A stretch of 64,000 nt of DNA from Flaccisagitta enflata (taxonomy: Eukaryota): NCBI GenBank assembly GCA_965153355.1, contig OZ231126.1, positions 33,542,001-33,606,000 on the forward strand. Direction: 5' to 3'. Shown one piece after another: positions 42,998 to 58,487 of the stretch. The notes beneath the pieces are model-generated. The model did no database searches and had not been told where the DNA came from. It saw only the letters and a list, made by a program, of their open reading frames with translations. A program made the position numbers and the translations under genes. The stretch's first letter is position 1; each line of letters begins with the position of its first letter.

Positions 42998-43964
42998 CGT
43001 GTTTAATGGATTGAGAGGATGATATGATGAATGGCATCTACTTGAACCCCGGTTTCTCATGCTTCTTAGTTCTTACCCTCGATATTGAAATACGAGATTA
43101 ACTATCAAATGAAAAAGACGAAAGGAGAAGAAATGAAAAAAAAAGAAAACGACAAACAAAAACCCGACAAATTAAGCCAATGTTTCCTCCATTTGCATAT
43201 TTTCCTTTCTCTCCTTGAACCGCTTTTTTTCTCCTTTCCTTATCTCCATTTACGCGGTATCATCTTTTTTTCCCCTCTTATTTGATTTTTCTTTGATTTT
43301 TGGGTTTTCCACTTCTTCTTTTTCCTCCTTTTAATCCATCCCTGATTCATCTCTATCTTTTCTTTTCGTTTTGTCTTTTGTAGGCAGCGCAGCCACAAGA
43401 AAAAAGAATTTAGGGATGGTTATGGAAGAGGAATCAAAGAAAGAAAAAAGAAAGAAAAAAGAAAATACCCAGAGGTTTCTGCTTCGTGGAATACTTCGTG
43501 CATAATTAATTTCCTTCCCTATCGTTCGTTTTATTTCTTTATCTCACTCCTATTTTGTCTGTCTATCTCTGTCTGTTTTCTTCGCCTCTCTCTCTTTTCT
43601 CTTTTTCTCAATAAGTAATCGCACCCTCGGCCCTCCTTTGATTTCTTTTTTTTTTTGTCAGAAATCTTAAGTATATTCCACGATTTCCACCTGTGAGAAA
43701 GCGTAATAACTTTATTCGCCTTCTGTTTCCTTTTGGGCGAGCGATTACTTGAATCAGTTATTAGGAGCCCGATGTTTTAATATTCTATGATTACACAAGC
43801 GCCTACCTTAATTTTACGTCGGTGGAGGTGGTAAAGACTCTGGCAGGTCCGACCCACTATGATTCAATGGAGAGAGATTGAGTTCATTTAGAAATGTACA
43901 GTCTCAAAAAAGGACCCGCGGCTACGCGAGACTAACTGTCAGCCAGAAGCGTTTGTGAAACATC

Positions 43965-44032
<68 letters not shown>

Positions 44033-44249
44033 GGGAGAGGTAGAGATGAAAGAAGGCCAAAAGGTTTAGATTAAAAGAAGGCCGGGCGGTGATTAGAGAG
44101 AAGAGGGAGATAGAGATATAGAGAGAGACAGAGAAAGAGGAAGAGAGAGTGAGCGGAGGTGCGTGAGTGTGTGTGTGTGTGTGTGAGTGTGAGAGAGAGA
44201 GTGAGAGAGAGAGGAAAAGAGAGTAAGTGTGTGTGTCTGTGTGTGATTA

Positions 44250-44292
<43 letters not shown>

Positions 44293-44311
44293 AAGAAAGA
44301 CAAAGAGAGTA

Positions 44312-44379
<68 letters not shown>

Positions 44380-44584
44380 GAGACAGAGAGACTGTGGGAC
44401 AGAGAGACTGTGGGACAGAGAAAAAGAAAGACAGAGAACCAGAAAGACAGAGAGAGATTTTGAAAAGAAGATGAGTCGGCACGAGTTTTTATGAGGATAT
44501 TGGGACGGAAGTCACGTGATGGATTGAGGAAAGGATGGAAAAAGAAATGGGTGGACCAAAAATTGAAGAATGAGAGAGATGCAG

Positions 44585-44633
<49 letters not shown>

Positions 44634-44882
44634 CAGAGAGACAGAGAGACAGAGACAGAGACAGAGACAGAGACGGAGAGGAAGGAAGATAAAGAAAAGC
44701 GCGGGGATAAAAGCGAATATGAGCTAGAGAGGCCCTAGGGAAGAGAAAAGAAGGGGAAGTCCCAGAGGAAGAAGAGGGTGGAACGACGCAAAAATGAAAC
44801 GAGGTCAGACGGAAGAAAAAAAAAGGTTAGGTAACGAAGATGATATGGGAAGAGAGAGAGAGAGAGAAAGAGACACAGACAT

Positions 44883-44951
<69 letters not shown>

Positions 44952-45502
44952 TAGAAAGACAAGCAGACAAAGATAAACACAGACTGAAGGACAGTCAAAT
45001 ACAATGAAAAAGTTTAAGACAGATCGAGACAGGCACTCTGAGACAGAAATACAGACAGATGGAGACAGAGAAAACCAAACATACAAAAAGGATAGTGCAC
45101 GAGTGAACGAGTGCACGAGTGCACGAGTGACAATGAGAGTGAGTGAGTTAGTGAGTGAGTTGAGAGGTCAACAATGATCAAGTATCTGTGGTCCACATCT
45201 GCACCATAAACGCCAAAAATCCGTAGAGGCGGACACGCTGAAACGGTTTCGGCCAAAAATGGTTTTCCCCAAAAAACGGACGTTTTAATCCAAAACCTCC
45301 AAAATGGGGCAAAAGAGGAATAAAGATGCGGGGCGGCGATTTTTGTACAGCGGTAGGGTTAAAGTTCCAAATAAAGTTTATGTTCCAAATTTGAAGGTGC
45401 TCATCGCCTTCTTAAAGTTCCGCTGAGAGCTAACCGATAATACACGAGGAAATGCACGAGAAAGAGAAAGAGAAAGAGAAAGAGAGAAAGAGAGAGAGAA
45501 CT

Positions 45503-46073
45503 AGTCATCCAAGGATCGCACATGGTCAGCGGTACCCGATGCCCTGCTTGGAGTGATTAGCTGCAAAAGTGGAGTGAGAGCAGGGCAGCGGCCCCAAAAA
45601 GCCGATGTCCTGTAGAACATAGGGGTGAATTTCCAGACGTCCTGAAAAGGCACATTTGAGGCCTTTGGGGCTACTTTCCTTGTCATTCAATAAGAACATT
45701 GAATTTTTTCCATTTCATTGTCAATTTTCCATGTTATTCAATCTGAATTTTGTATTTCTGTCAAGAGATTGTCAATTTTCCATTTTATCCAATAGGGATT
45801 TCTTATATTTTTAACTTCTATTAAATTTTCAATGTTATTCAATGGGAATTTCATATTTTTTTCATTTCTTTATCAATTTTCCATGTTATTCAATAGGAAT
45901 TTTGCATTTCTTAAATTTTCCATGTTATTTAATGGGAGTATGAGGCTCAAAGGCTTTGGTGGGGGGGACGGACAGACAGCCTTAAGTAAGGACAGACAGA
46001 CGGATGGACGGACGGACGTCTGGAAATTCACCCCAGTGTCCTACAGGACATCGGCCCTCTGGGGCCGCTGCCC
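45503..46073 (-). mobile_element. Family B HINE, intact
   Basis: Subterminal IR pair gggcagcggcccc..gatgtcctgtag..ggggtgaatttccagacgtcc at ~45583-45641 and ~46013-46073, plus the ggtcagcggtaccc tail. Confidence 0.85.
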
Positions 46074-46131
<58 letters not shown>

Positions 46132-46337
46132 TGAAAGAGACTGGGGCAAAAAGACCAGTCTAAGGACAGATAAAGAAGCAATAAGCGTTGCATAAAGCCG
46201 TTAGTAATGGTAGAAAGTCAAGTAACTCATCATTGAAACAAAATAATGAGTATATGAAGTTCTACACAATATGCCTCCCAAGGAATACACTAAAACAAGG
46301 TAGAAACTGAATAAACGCGCGCAGCTTAGGGAGGGAA

Positions 46338-46506
46338 CAAGGACGTATACACGGCTACCGAAGTCGCGTGCGTGTGGGCAGGGGCAGTGAACAGGCTTTC
46401 CAAGCAATTGGGCAGGAGCAGTAAAGCAAACGTCGAAAAAAGCTAACGCGGACCGATCGACCGACCGACCGACATAGCGGGTCATAGAGTCGCGTAGCAC
46501 GCGACT
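46338..46506 (-). mobile_element. Family A-type HINE (mirror copy 16422-16514 is cut by the gap)
   Basis: caaggacgtatacacggctacc...(CCGA)n...agagtcgcgtagcacgcgact|aaaa. Confidence 0.85.
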
Positions 46507-46665
46507 AAAAAACATGCTAATGAGGCACTGGGCGCTTCTTTGACATTCATTATTTGTTCGACGAACTTTTCCATGAATATGTCTTTTAAAATTGAATTAG
46601 TTTTCAAACTCTCACTCTCTTTTTCTCTTTCTCTTTCTCTTTCTCCCTTTCTTTCTTTCTTTTTT

Positions 46666-46795
<130 letters not shown>

Positions 46796-47074
46796 GCTCG
46801 TTTCTTTGAATAATTCGGGGTGTATGATCTCTTATAAGTCACTTAAACTCACTATATGCATTTTCCGACCTTTACACGACCGAAAGAAGAGCGAAATGTG
46901 TTTTTCTTGATCTGCGTCTTGAGGTTGCGCCGCCTACTTAGAAGGGCGTCATGTCAGATAATTCTTTGATTATACAAAATCGCGAAAAATCTTCAAATAA
47001 ACAAGTTAGAGAATGAGGGTGCGAAGCGTTTTCAGGCACGCTGACCAACACTCACTGTCCCACACAAACAAGCA

Positions 47075-47171
<97 letters not shown>

Positions 47172-47373
47172 CTCACAAACAAGGTATATTTAGACAGTAA
47201 CCCCTGATATCAGACAGCCATACGGAAATGAAGTCTTGAAGTCAGACGGATTTCGTATCACCATTGAAGATCGACTCAACCTTTTTTTCTCCTAAAAATA
47301 TCTTGAGGCTCATGAAATCGAAGTCATAACCACATTCCTACGGTTAACCACGCTTAATTCTCTGTTTGTCTGT

Positions 47374-47558
<185 letters not shown>

Positions 47559-48319
47559 TATGTCTAGCTAAGCTAAGATAGTCCCTACAAGAAAGAAAAA
47601 AATGCGAAAAAGAAATTATAAAGGTTTTCTTTTCAACCGCAAACATTTTTTTGCCTCATGAAACTTTCTGTAGCGGAAGAAGGCGAAGGACGATGATCAG
47701 GATGATAACGAAGAAGAAAGGAGGAATATGAACAAGGCCAAGGGATGTTCAATAGATGCGTCCTCTTTAGATGTAGGATATTAAGATACAAATCATTGAG
47801 ATATAAGGAGAAAGAGAAATGAAGAGCGTATAGAAATTATCGTATTCCAGATCTTCCAACATTCCTACGAAAGGCCTCTTATAGAGATGCGAGGACGCTT
47901 CTAGAAAGAAAGTAAGGCCTCAAGGCATGCTAGGCATCACGATGCTTAATTTGTCAAACACTTGAGATAATACTAAGTGTCCCGCCAGGAAACTCATGTT
48001 ATTTGTAAAGGAAAACAACTACCCATGAACTACCTGTGAAATTCCTGGCAAAATCGGTGTATGGTTCACCTGGTGGATTGTCTCATCGGAGATCTAACGA
48101 CCGACGGGCGGTCGAAACGGACGGGAAGAAGGACCTTTATAAAGACGAATCAACCAACGAGCGGATTGGTTACAATATGGAGAAGGGGGAAACGGCCGTT
48201 AACCACGAAGAGGAAGGAGAAAGGCCGGAAGTGGAAAGACGAAAATAGGAAGGCGTTGCGCACTTGTGGTTACGATTAACCGGTACGCCAACGAGATGAA
48301 AAAAAGAAGTCTTTACTCC

Positions 48320-48388
<69 letters not shown>

Positions 48389-48449
48389 TCTTGTTCCGGC
48401 GGAAAACGTCGGCTTCCGACTTGTTGCCGGTTATTCTTAGGCGTACCGG

Positions 48450-48546
<97 letters not shown>

Positions 48547-48614
48547 CCTCCTTGCATGCGAGTTGGCCCACGCCTTTCCCCTCGCGCCTTTGCCTCCCCA
48601 ACCGCCAACCTGAC

Positions 48615-48664
<50 letters not shown>

Positions 48665-48799
48665 ACACACACAAAATATGTATAAAAAGAAGAAAAAAAA
48701 TGGGTAGCCCGATTGGGTTGCCTAACTGTCCGACGAATCGGATTTTGCCCCTCGGTTGCGATTTCGAAAACGCGAAACAAATGAACCGTGCAAAAAGGC

Positions 48800-48837
<38 letters not shown>

Positions 48838-49187
48838 TTTTTTCTCGTTACATATATACACACAAGAGCACAGGCTGGTCGATTTAGATCAACAACGTTT
48901 TACAAATCACTCAGCCTCCCGGTCACCCCCCTCCCCCCCTTTACCTCTTTCCAAGTGCCTCCAAGTGCCTTACTCACTAGTTTTTTTCTATCTGTTTGTT
49001 TCTTGTTTAGTCCCTTTTTTCCCCTTCCCTCCGTTCAGATTCATTTTTGATGACTAAGGCAATCAAATCTGAAAATAGTCAGTCTTTTAAGCCACCCGCT
49101 CGTAACCTACTACATATCTTTCAAATCTATCAAATCAATCATCGCCAGTTGTTGTTTTTTTCTTATCTTTTTCTCATCTCTCTTGTT

Positions 49188-49915
49188 GGGCAGCGGCTCC
49201 AAAGGGCCGATGTCCTGTAGGACACAGGGGTGAATTTCCTTACGTCCATCCGTCCGTCCGTCCGTCCGTCCGTCCGTCCGTCCGTCCGTCTGTACGTCCG
49301 TACGTCTGTACCTCCCCCCCCGAAGCTTCTGAATTCTTAAATTTCCATTGAATAACATTGGAAAATGACAAGATGCAAACTTCCCATTGAATAACATGGG
49401 AAAGTTACAACTTGAAAACTTTCCATTGAATAAATGAAAAATTTACAAAGAATGAAAAATGCACAATTCTATGTAATAACATGGAAAATTAACAAAAATG
49501 AAAAACAAGGCCGGATACTCGGCCATCAGTTGCGGGCGGGTGGGCAGGGCGGAAATGCGCGTTTTCCCCTTTCAGCTCGTGGTGCGGACGGACCGACCGG
49601 CGGACGGCCAGACGGACAAACCTCTTATAGAGTTGCGTGTCCGCAGTAAAATGCAAAATAGGAATTGGATAACATGGAAAATTGACAAAAAAATGAAATT
49701 TTCATGAATAACATGGAAATTTACAATAGATTGTAAAAATACATATCCCATTGAATATCATGAATTTAAAAGGCCACAATATATGCTTCCTCAGAATGGA
49801 TATTCCCCTGTCCTACAGGACATGGCTTTAGGGCCGCTGCCCTGCCTCACTCCTCAGCTGATTACTCCAAGCAGGGCAACGGGTACCGCTGACCATGTGC
49901 AATCCTTGGATAACT
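49188..49915 (+). mobile_element. Family B HINE with nested family A-type copy (49506-49647, -)
   Basis: gggcagcggctccaaagggccgatgtcctgtagg, (CCGT)n, ccattgaataacat repeats, gggccgctgccc, gcaacgggtaccgctgaccat; nested caaggccggatactcggcc...agagttgcgtgtccgcagt between A runs. Confidence 0.85.
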
Positions 49916-49925
49916 TGTTTTCATC

Positions 49926-50026
<101 letters not shown>

Positions 50027-50394
50027 TCGTCCCTACTTGTCTTCTTTTTCTCCTTTACATCTTTTCTCTTCTCTTCCATTGTTTCCCTTTACGTTGCATT
50101 GATTCTCTCTTTCTCTTTTTCCCTCTCTCTCCCCCCCCCCCCATCTCTTTCTCTCCCATCTTGATTTTCTTGATCATCTTGTTCTGCTTCTTTTTTTCAG
50201 CTGAGTTGCTGCCTAGACGATTTCGACTGCCAAGTTCTTTGTTCGACACGGAGTAGATCTCGAGACTTGCCGGGACATTTTCAACTGGGTGAAAAGAAAA
50301 TTTTTTTAGACCTCTCTTAGCTCTTTTACTTTTTCACCGTTTACCTCCGGCTGTTTTTTTTTATTCTTTGTGTGTGGGGGGGAGAGGGTCGAAA

Positions 50395-50527
50395 CAAGGC
50401 CAAGTAGGCCAATAAGGTGCGACGTATGAATCGTCGAACGAATGCGTCACCAAACGACCACCAACCGATCAACCACCAACTAACTGACGGATGGACGCAG
50501 TTAGTTATAGAGGTGCTTTGTCGCACC
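50395..50527 (-). mobile_element. Family C HINE
   Basis: Same ends as the other family C copies. Confidence 0.8.
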
Positions 50528-51571
50528 AAAAAAAAAAAAACTCCCATTTTTCATTTTTCATTTTTCTATTGGTTTTCTTTTTTAAAAAAGGACATGAGAA
50601 ATTGATAATCTTTGACAAATAAACTATATGCGTTAGTACAAGGAGATTCTGACCGTTTATTGTTTGTGAAAGTGTTTGAAAACCTTCAACCGTGAAATTG
50701 TCTCAATTGGTGTGAAGTTGCTTCAGTAGGATTCTTTTAACGTCTAGCCCGTTGTTTGCACAAACTTACCGTCGTTTCTTTCTGTTTTTCCAATGTTTAC
50801 CTCGTCGTTGCACTCAATACAAAATGGGCAAAGAATCATAGAATGATCGCGTGCGGTTAAACAGGGGCAGAGATGCAGAGGCCATTTTGCTCATCCAACA
50901 GTCATTCAAAAAAAAAAACGCCCGTGAAGACCCTTAAATCCCGAAAAGCCAAGTGACCGACCGACCGAGAGTTAAAAAGTTTGCAAACAATGAGGTACTA
51001 TCACAGATGCGTCACGGCCACTTATTCCAAAAGGTGTCGAGGATCCGTGACACTTACACTTATTTTTTTGCAAACAGTTTTTGGACAGATTTCTGACGAG
51101 GCCTATACATGAGGGAAAAAAAAGCCCGCACAGTATCGGAGGATATTTCAAAAATTGTTTCCAGCCGGATCTAGATAAATCTGTTCTTCTCCTGATCCGA
51201 TTTAGGCGGGATTCAGTCTAACACTTTCCCATGTAACTTGACTGCGTTTTCACAGAGTCGCTCTCGATTTTTTTTTCTTCCTTTTTTTTTCACTTTCAAA
51301 TCTTCTTTTTATTCTGGGTCTAATCATTGGGAAACTCGGCCAATTATAAATTCTCAACAGAAAACTGGGGCAGGATTTAGCGGAGAAATAAGACATTCTT
51401 TTTCCTTTTTTTTTTCTACTTTGTAGATTTGATTGGTGCCGGTTTCTTTCATTTCGTACTAATCTCTATGCACTTGGCGGAACAGAGACGATTTGCGCGA
51501 AAAAGAAACTATGTCATCGTTGAAACAGAATATGAGATTTTCTGAGTCATGTGGAAAAATAAGAAAGAGAG

Positions 51572-51612
<41 letters not shown>

Positions 51613-51759
51613 CACACACAGACCACTAAGCCGAGTTGTGGCGGTAAGGACCGGACTTATTTCATCTTTTTCCATCCCAAAAAAATTTCATAAGAACGTA
51701 ATGACTTGTTCTCTATAACCGGCAGTTTTTTACTTCAGCAGTTTCCGATGAAATCATTT

Positions 51760-51833
<74 letters not shown>

Positions 51834-52108
51834 TTCCCTCGGCAGCTCTGCCGTTTTGCTGACGTTCTTTCTCAAACTTTGTAGACAAGAGTGCTGTCGG
51901 CGGCAGCAGCCTTTTGACGGAGCGGCTGCAGCAACTTTGCCGACTGCAGCAGCTGCTTATTTGTGTCTCTGGATCTTTCCAGAGGCCAGACAGAAGAGGA
52001 TTTTCAGCGATAAAAAAAGGTCGTTGTTTCCTTCTTTTAGTAGCGGAGAGTCTTCAATTTGAAATCCTATTTGACGTTTATTCTCTCTTTTTCATTCTCT
52101 CTCTCTCT

Positions 52109-52186
<78 letters not shown>

Positions 52187-53039
52187 TTATATAAATCATG
52201 TTGCGCATCTTTCCTCCCATTTTACGTCTGAACAAATCTTGTTTCAGACTGTTCATTCCTCACATTCACTCTCTTTCACTCTCACCATAACCTTTACGCA
52301 ACTAGCCATGACTTTTACAAAAGATATATTTCATTTTCATCACTATCCAGTACATCCTCACTTACACTCTTGCAAAACAGTGAATCAAATTTCACAGGAC
52401 AGTCCTGGCTAAGACACTACCAGCCAACGCTTAATACATCCTCCATGCAGCAAGCCTTGACATCATTTAGTGCTTTTACCCACCAATCCTTGAATATAAC
52501 ACAACCTACCTTTCAGTCTTTCTTTGGACTTCTATGAGTTTCATCAACCCACGCTCACCAAGTGGCTTTACCATGGTTTGTCAGACTCTCAGGCCTTCTA
52601 TATTCATGTATGTCTTTTCACATCCATTGGCGTACTGCTCTACCAACTAGGCGCCATATGCAAAACACCTGAACTGATCTATTCGGCATAATCGAGAGCT
52701 ACTCTCACCAAACGTGCTGCTTTAATTTGTTCAATCGTAACTGCACCGTGCCGCAACCAACTTTCGCTCACCAGCTGGAAAAAATGCTCATTCGTTTTCT
52801 TTTGGTTCTCTCTCCTGTTGCAGAAGTCCTCTCCTGTCATTCTTCAAATCGGAATTCATTTTTCATTCACACGGCCTCTCGTCCCCGTCGCGTTTATGTC
52901 CTTAAGTTTGTCTAGCTTTATGTCTAATGTCGTGCTTTCTACTGTTTGACTGAATATCTTTCTTTTAGTTAGTTTGTTTTGTATTGTTTTGTTTGTTTTG
53001 TTTTGTTTTGTTTTGTTGTTTTCCGTTTGTTTTCCCTTT

Positions 53040-53075
<36 letters not shown>

Positions 53076-53101
53076 TTCTCTGGCTGTATAAATGTCTATC
53101 A

Positions 53102-53379
53102 GGGGGCGTTTCTAGTCAGAGACAATCGCGTTTTGAATGGGCCACTTGGTCGCTCGCTACATTTGTTCGCTTGCATTGCTCACTCTGCTTACTTGCTCCG
53201 CAGCGTTTGCTTCGCTATGCTTGCTTCACTATGGTTGCTTCGCTCGCTCGCTCCATTCACGGGCTCACTCACTTCACTCACTCCCTCGTGGGATGGTTAA
53301 AATTCTTGAATATGTGTTCAAGCTGTAAACACGTTTCATGGACACAAACGCGTTTTTCATCTTCACTAGAAACACACCC
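53102..53379. mobile_element. PIF/Harbinger-type (Tourist-like) MITE, 278 bp
   Basis: 15-bp TIRs GGGGGCGTTTCTAGT / ACTAGAAACACACCC (13/15 match); 3-bp direct repeat TCA at 53099-53101 and 53380-53382; internal (CGCT)n-like repeats. Confidence 0.8.
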
Positions 53380-53395
53380 TCAGTCTCTATCAGTT

Positions 53396-53516
<121 letters not shown>

Positions 53517-53695
53517 TCGTCTCCTCCTCTCACTTTCTTTGTATTTGTGGCAAGTCACCCCCTCCCTCTTTTTTCAAACTCTCCCTCTAAATTTCACTTC
53601 CCTCTTCTTTTTGCCACTCCATTTCCCTTTTCTTTTTTGTTTCCTCTCTCTTTCTCAATCTCTTCCTCATTCTCTTTCTTTTTCTCTTTCTCTTT

Positions 53696-53837
<142 letters not shown>

Positions 53838-53846
53838 TTCTCTCTC

Positions 53847-53938
<92 letters not shown>

Positions 53939-54443
53939 TTATTTTTTCATTGATATTTTTCACGTTGTGTTCCTAAACCTCTGTCGCCAGAAGCCAGACG
54001 CCGACGGAATCACTTTTCTGCTGTCTTGACTCGAGGATGATTTAATCCCGTTCCGTTGTCACCTGAACCACGACGACGACGCCGTCACCTGACAGCATCC
54101 GTCACTTTTTAACACCTCCTTGGCGCCACCCTGGCGCGGTATTACCAACAAATATCAAAGAGGAGAGCAAAGGAAAGAAGGCGAAGCAGATGAAAAAAGG
54201 AATAAAAGGAAGAATGGAAGAAACATAAAAACATGCAAGTTCAACAAACACTCTAAAGAACAAACGGACAAAAAAAAAACAAACAAACAGACAGACAAAA
54301 AAACTCAAACAAACAAACAGACAAAAAATCAAAGAAACAAATCAGCCAACAAAAGAACGAGATAAGGAAGATAAAAAGAATGAAGCAAAGAAAGAAAGGC
54401 AGAAAGAAAGAAAGAAATGAGAAAGAAAAGAGAGAGAATGAAA

Positions 54444-54509
<66 letters not shown>

Positions 54510-55019
54510 AAAAAGATGAAAGACAGATAGAAAGAAAAGAAAAGAAAGAAAAGAAAAGAAAGAAAGACATAAGGAACAAAAGAAAAAAAAGGAAAACTAA
54601 TAAAAATGGTATGTATCGCTTTTTTTCACATGTTTGTAACTGCTACTTCTCCATCCCATCGTTTTTCCGTCGCTTGAAAAAAAAAATCCATCAAATAACA
54701 ATTGAAAAAAACCCCAATAACAAATCCCCTTCCTCCTGCTCCTCCCCCTCCTCCTCCTGTTATGTCGTCCATCTAATTCTAACTCACGCACAAAACGCTC
54801 ATCGTTCGTCCATCCTTCTTCACCATTGATAATAACAATGAAAATGATAATAAAAGACGAAAATGTTATGTGCTCTCGATTTTTGCTTTGGGGTTTCTCT
54901 GGGCATCATGTTTGGCAACTAAGTAGTCTAAATGCCCTGGGAAATCCTAAAGGAACGAGTTGCTAGTCAACGCTTCTAACACCACGTCGATAATGGCAAT
55001 AACATCAACAAGGAATAAA

Positions 55020-56172
<1,153 letters not shown>

Positions 56173-56439
56173 TTGGGAAAAAAGTCAAAGTCAGTCTTTG
56201 ACTTTTTTACATATTTGAAAGAAACATGGTTTTCATTTTCTTATGCGAAAGTTTAGGAACTCATTTGGCTGATTATACCTTTGGACAAACTTCATGGGTA
56301 AGTAAATTTGATAATTTTCATTCATTTGGCCCCAAGCAGAATGCTCTACAACTAATATTTTTCGTATCATGATTTTTTAAAGATTTTTTTTTAAAAAAAT
56401 TCAAATTGAATTTTTTTTATTTTTTTTTGATTTTGTGTA

Positions 56440-56920
56440 GGATCAATAAAGGAGTGTATTTATATTTGTTTGGGCATGCAAATACAGGAAAACATGTTTA
56501 TGAGCATAGCTGCTCATCTTTGAGGGTGTTTTTGAGTATTCTAGATTATTTCGACCATTTACTTTCATCTTTTTCTGATTTGAAATATGATAAATGAATA
56601 AATATCTTGATATACATCTAAGCAAGGAAATACAAAAAAACATGTCAGTGACTGTAGCAGCTCATCTGAGCTGTGACAGAGTTTTTAATCATTCTAGCTC
56701 ACTTAGCTCCTTTAGCTAAGTCTTTTTTTCTGATTTTAAATGAGATAAATAAATAAATGTTTTGATATGCGCATGCAAATACAAGAAAGTATGTCAGTGA
56801 GCATAGCTAGTTGTCTGGTTTAATGATTTTGAGCATTTTAGCTCATCTAGCTCATTTGGCTCAGTCCTATTTTTTTCTGATTTTCAGTGCAATCAATACA
56901 TATAATTGCTCTTGATTTGA
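56440..56920. repeat. Three degenerate ~150-165 bp tandem units (probable TE subterminal repeats)
   Basis: Recurring aaatac(a/g)...aaa(c/g)atgt...ga(g/c)..tagc...tttttctgatttt at ~56478, ~56628, ~56775. Confidence 0.6.
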
Positions 56921-57231
56921 TCTAACAAATAAAATGATCTGCTATGACTTATGATAAAAATTTGGTGAAAAGTGACCAATGCTTACGACCTTTTTCCTCA
57001 CAGCGACAGCCGCCATTACTGGTAATGATGATAATGATAGAAACTGGTATCGCAAGTTTCAATGTCGACAATGATGCTTTTATGATTGCAGCCAAAAAAA
57101 CTGTTTTACTTTTAGAGAGCGTTTCGATGACGTAACAAGATAAGTACTGCGACGCAAGACAACATAAGTTTTTTTTTTCGAACTCTTCCGTTTGTCCAAA
57201 TTTTCCACGCGGTGAATTGTGTGTACAATTA

Positions 57232-57499
57232 CCGTATTTCCTCTAATTAGCGCCCCTCCCCTAATTACCTCCTTTAAAAAAAAAAAGATTTCAACCATGC
57301 TTCGCAAATCATTGAAAATTGTCAAACATTCAGATAATCATTGTATTCTTTTATTTTTCTAACTTCATGCTTGGATTTTTCTGTTTAAATCACATAATTT
57401 TATTTTTCCTACTCTATATCTTCAATTCTATTCTGTTATTCAGTATTTCATTCCTTGTCTGACATGTTAAAGGGGGCTTTAATTAGGAGGTAAAAGAGG
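57232..57499. mobile_element. Degenerate pogo/Tigger-like MITE
   Basis: TA|CCGTATTTCCTCTAATTAGCGCCCC start; imperfect inverted copy gggggctttaattaggaggtaaaagagg at the end. Confidence 0.55.
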
Positions 57500-57635
57500 C
57501 AGTGTCATTTTTCAATTTTGTTTTGTTAAGCACTTTGTTTTCTTTCTGTCTTTGTTACTTTCCTGTTTGGACCTTTCCTATCCGTGCTAACTTTCTTTGT
57601 CTCATTTTTTTTCTTTCTTTTTTGTTTGTTTGTTC

Positions 57636-57674
<39 letters not shown>

Positions 57675-57897
57675 TTTTGCTTTCTTTCTTGCTTTCTTTC
57701 TTACTTTCTTTCATTCTTTCTTTCTTTCTTTCTTTCATTCTTTCTTTATTTCTTTCTTTCTTATTCTTTCTTTCTTTCCTAGTCCCTTCTTTTCTTTTCT
57801 TTCTCCCTTTGTTTCTTTATTTCTTTCATTCACTCTTTTTATCTATCTGTCTTTCTCTCTATTTATTTATCTATCTTATTTTCTTTCTTTCTTTTTT

Positions 57898-57965
<68 letters not shown>

Positions 57966-57969
57966 TTTT

Positions 57970-58025
<56 letters not shown>

Positions 58026-58226
58026 GCTTTCTTTCTTTCTTTCACTCATTCCTTCTTTCTTTCTTTCTTTCTTTTTTCCTTTCCCTTCTCCTGTCTCTCT
58101 TTTCTTTTTTAACATTTTCTCTTTCCAGACAACAGTCGTTAGCGTGAGAAGATGGAATGTTGTTCCACGTCACTCGGGTTGGCTCGTGGATGTCAGACAT
58201 CAGACGAAGAGAATGAGACTTTTAAA

Positions 58227-58487
58227 CAAGGCCGAATACACGGCCAATAAAAAGTCGTTTGCGGGCGGGCAGGGGCATAAATGCGTGTGAGCAGGGGCAG
58301 TTTTGTGATGAGCAGGGCAGTATTTTCGGTGGGTTGGAGCAGTTTTGGTAGTGGGCAGGGGCTGCAATGTTGAGGAATAGATGTATTGGGTGATTTCACG
58401 TCATCCCAATGAAAAAATACCGTTACAGACCAACGGATCGACAGACCGACGGACACACCCTCCTATAGAGCTGTTTAGCCAGCGACT
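58227..58487 (-). mobile_element. Family A-related HINE
   Basis: caaggccgaatacacggcc hairpin, gggcagggg repeats, gaccgacggacacaccctcctatagag...cgact end. Confidence 0.75.

Noticed and set aside
52400-52720. Possible decayed LINE (RTE-like) 3' fragment on the minus strand
   Set aside because: Only a vague compositional impression; no intact motif; needs a translated search.
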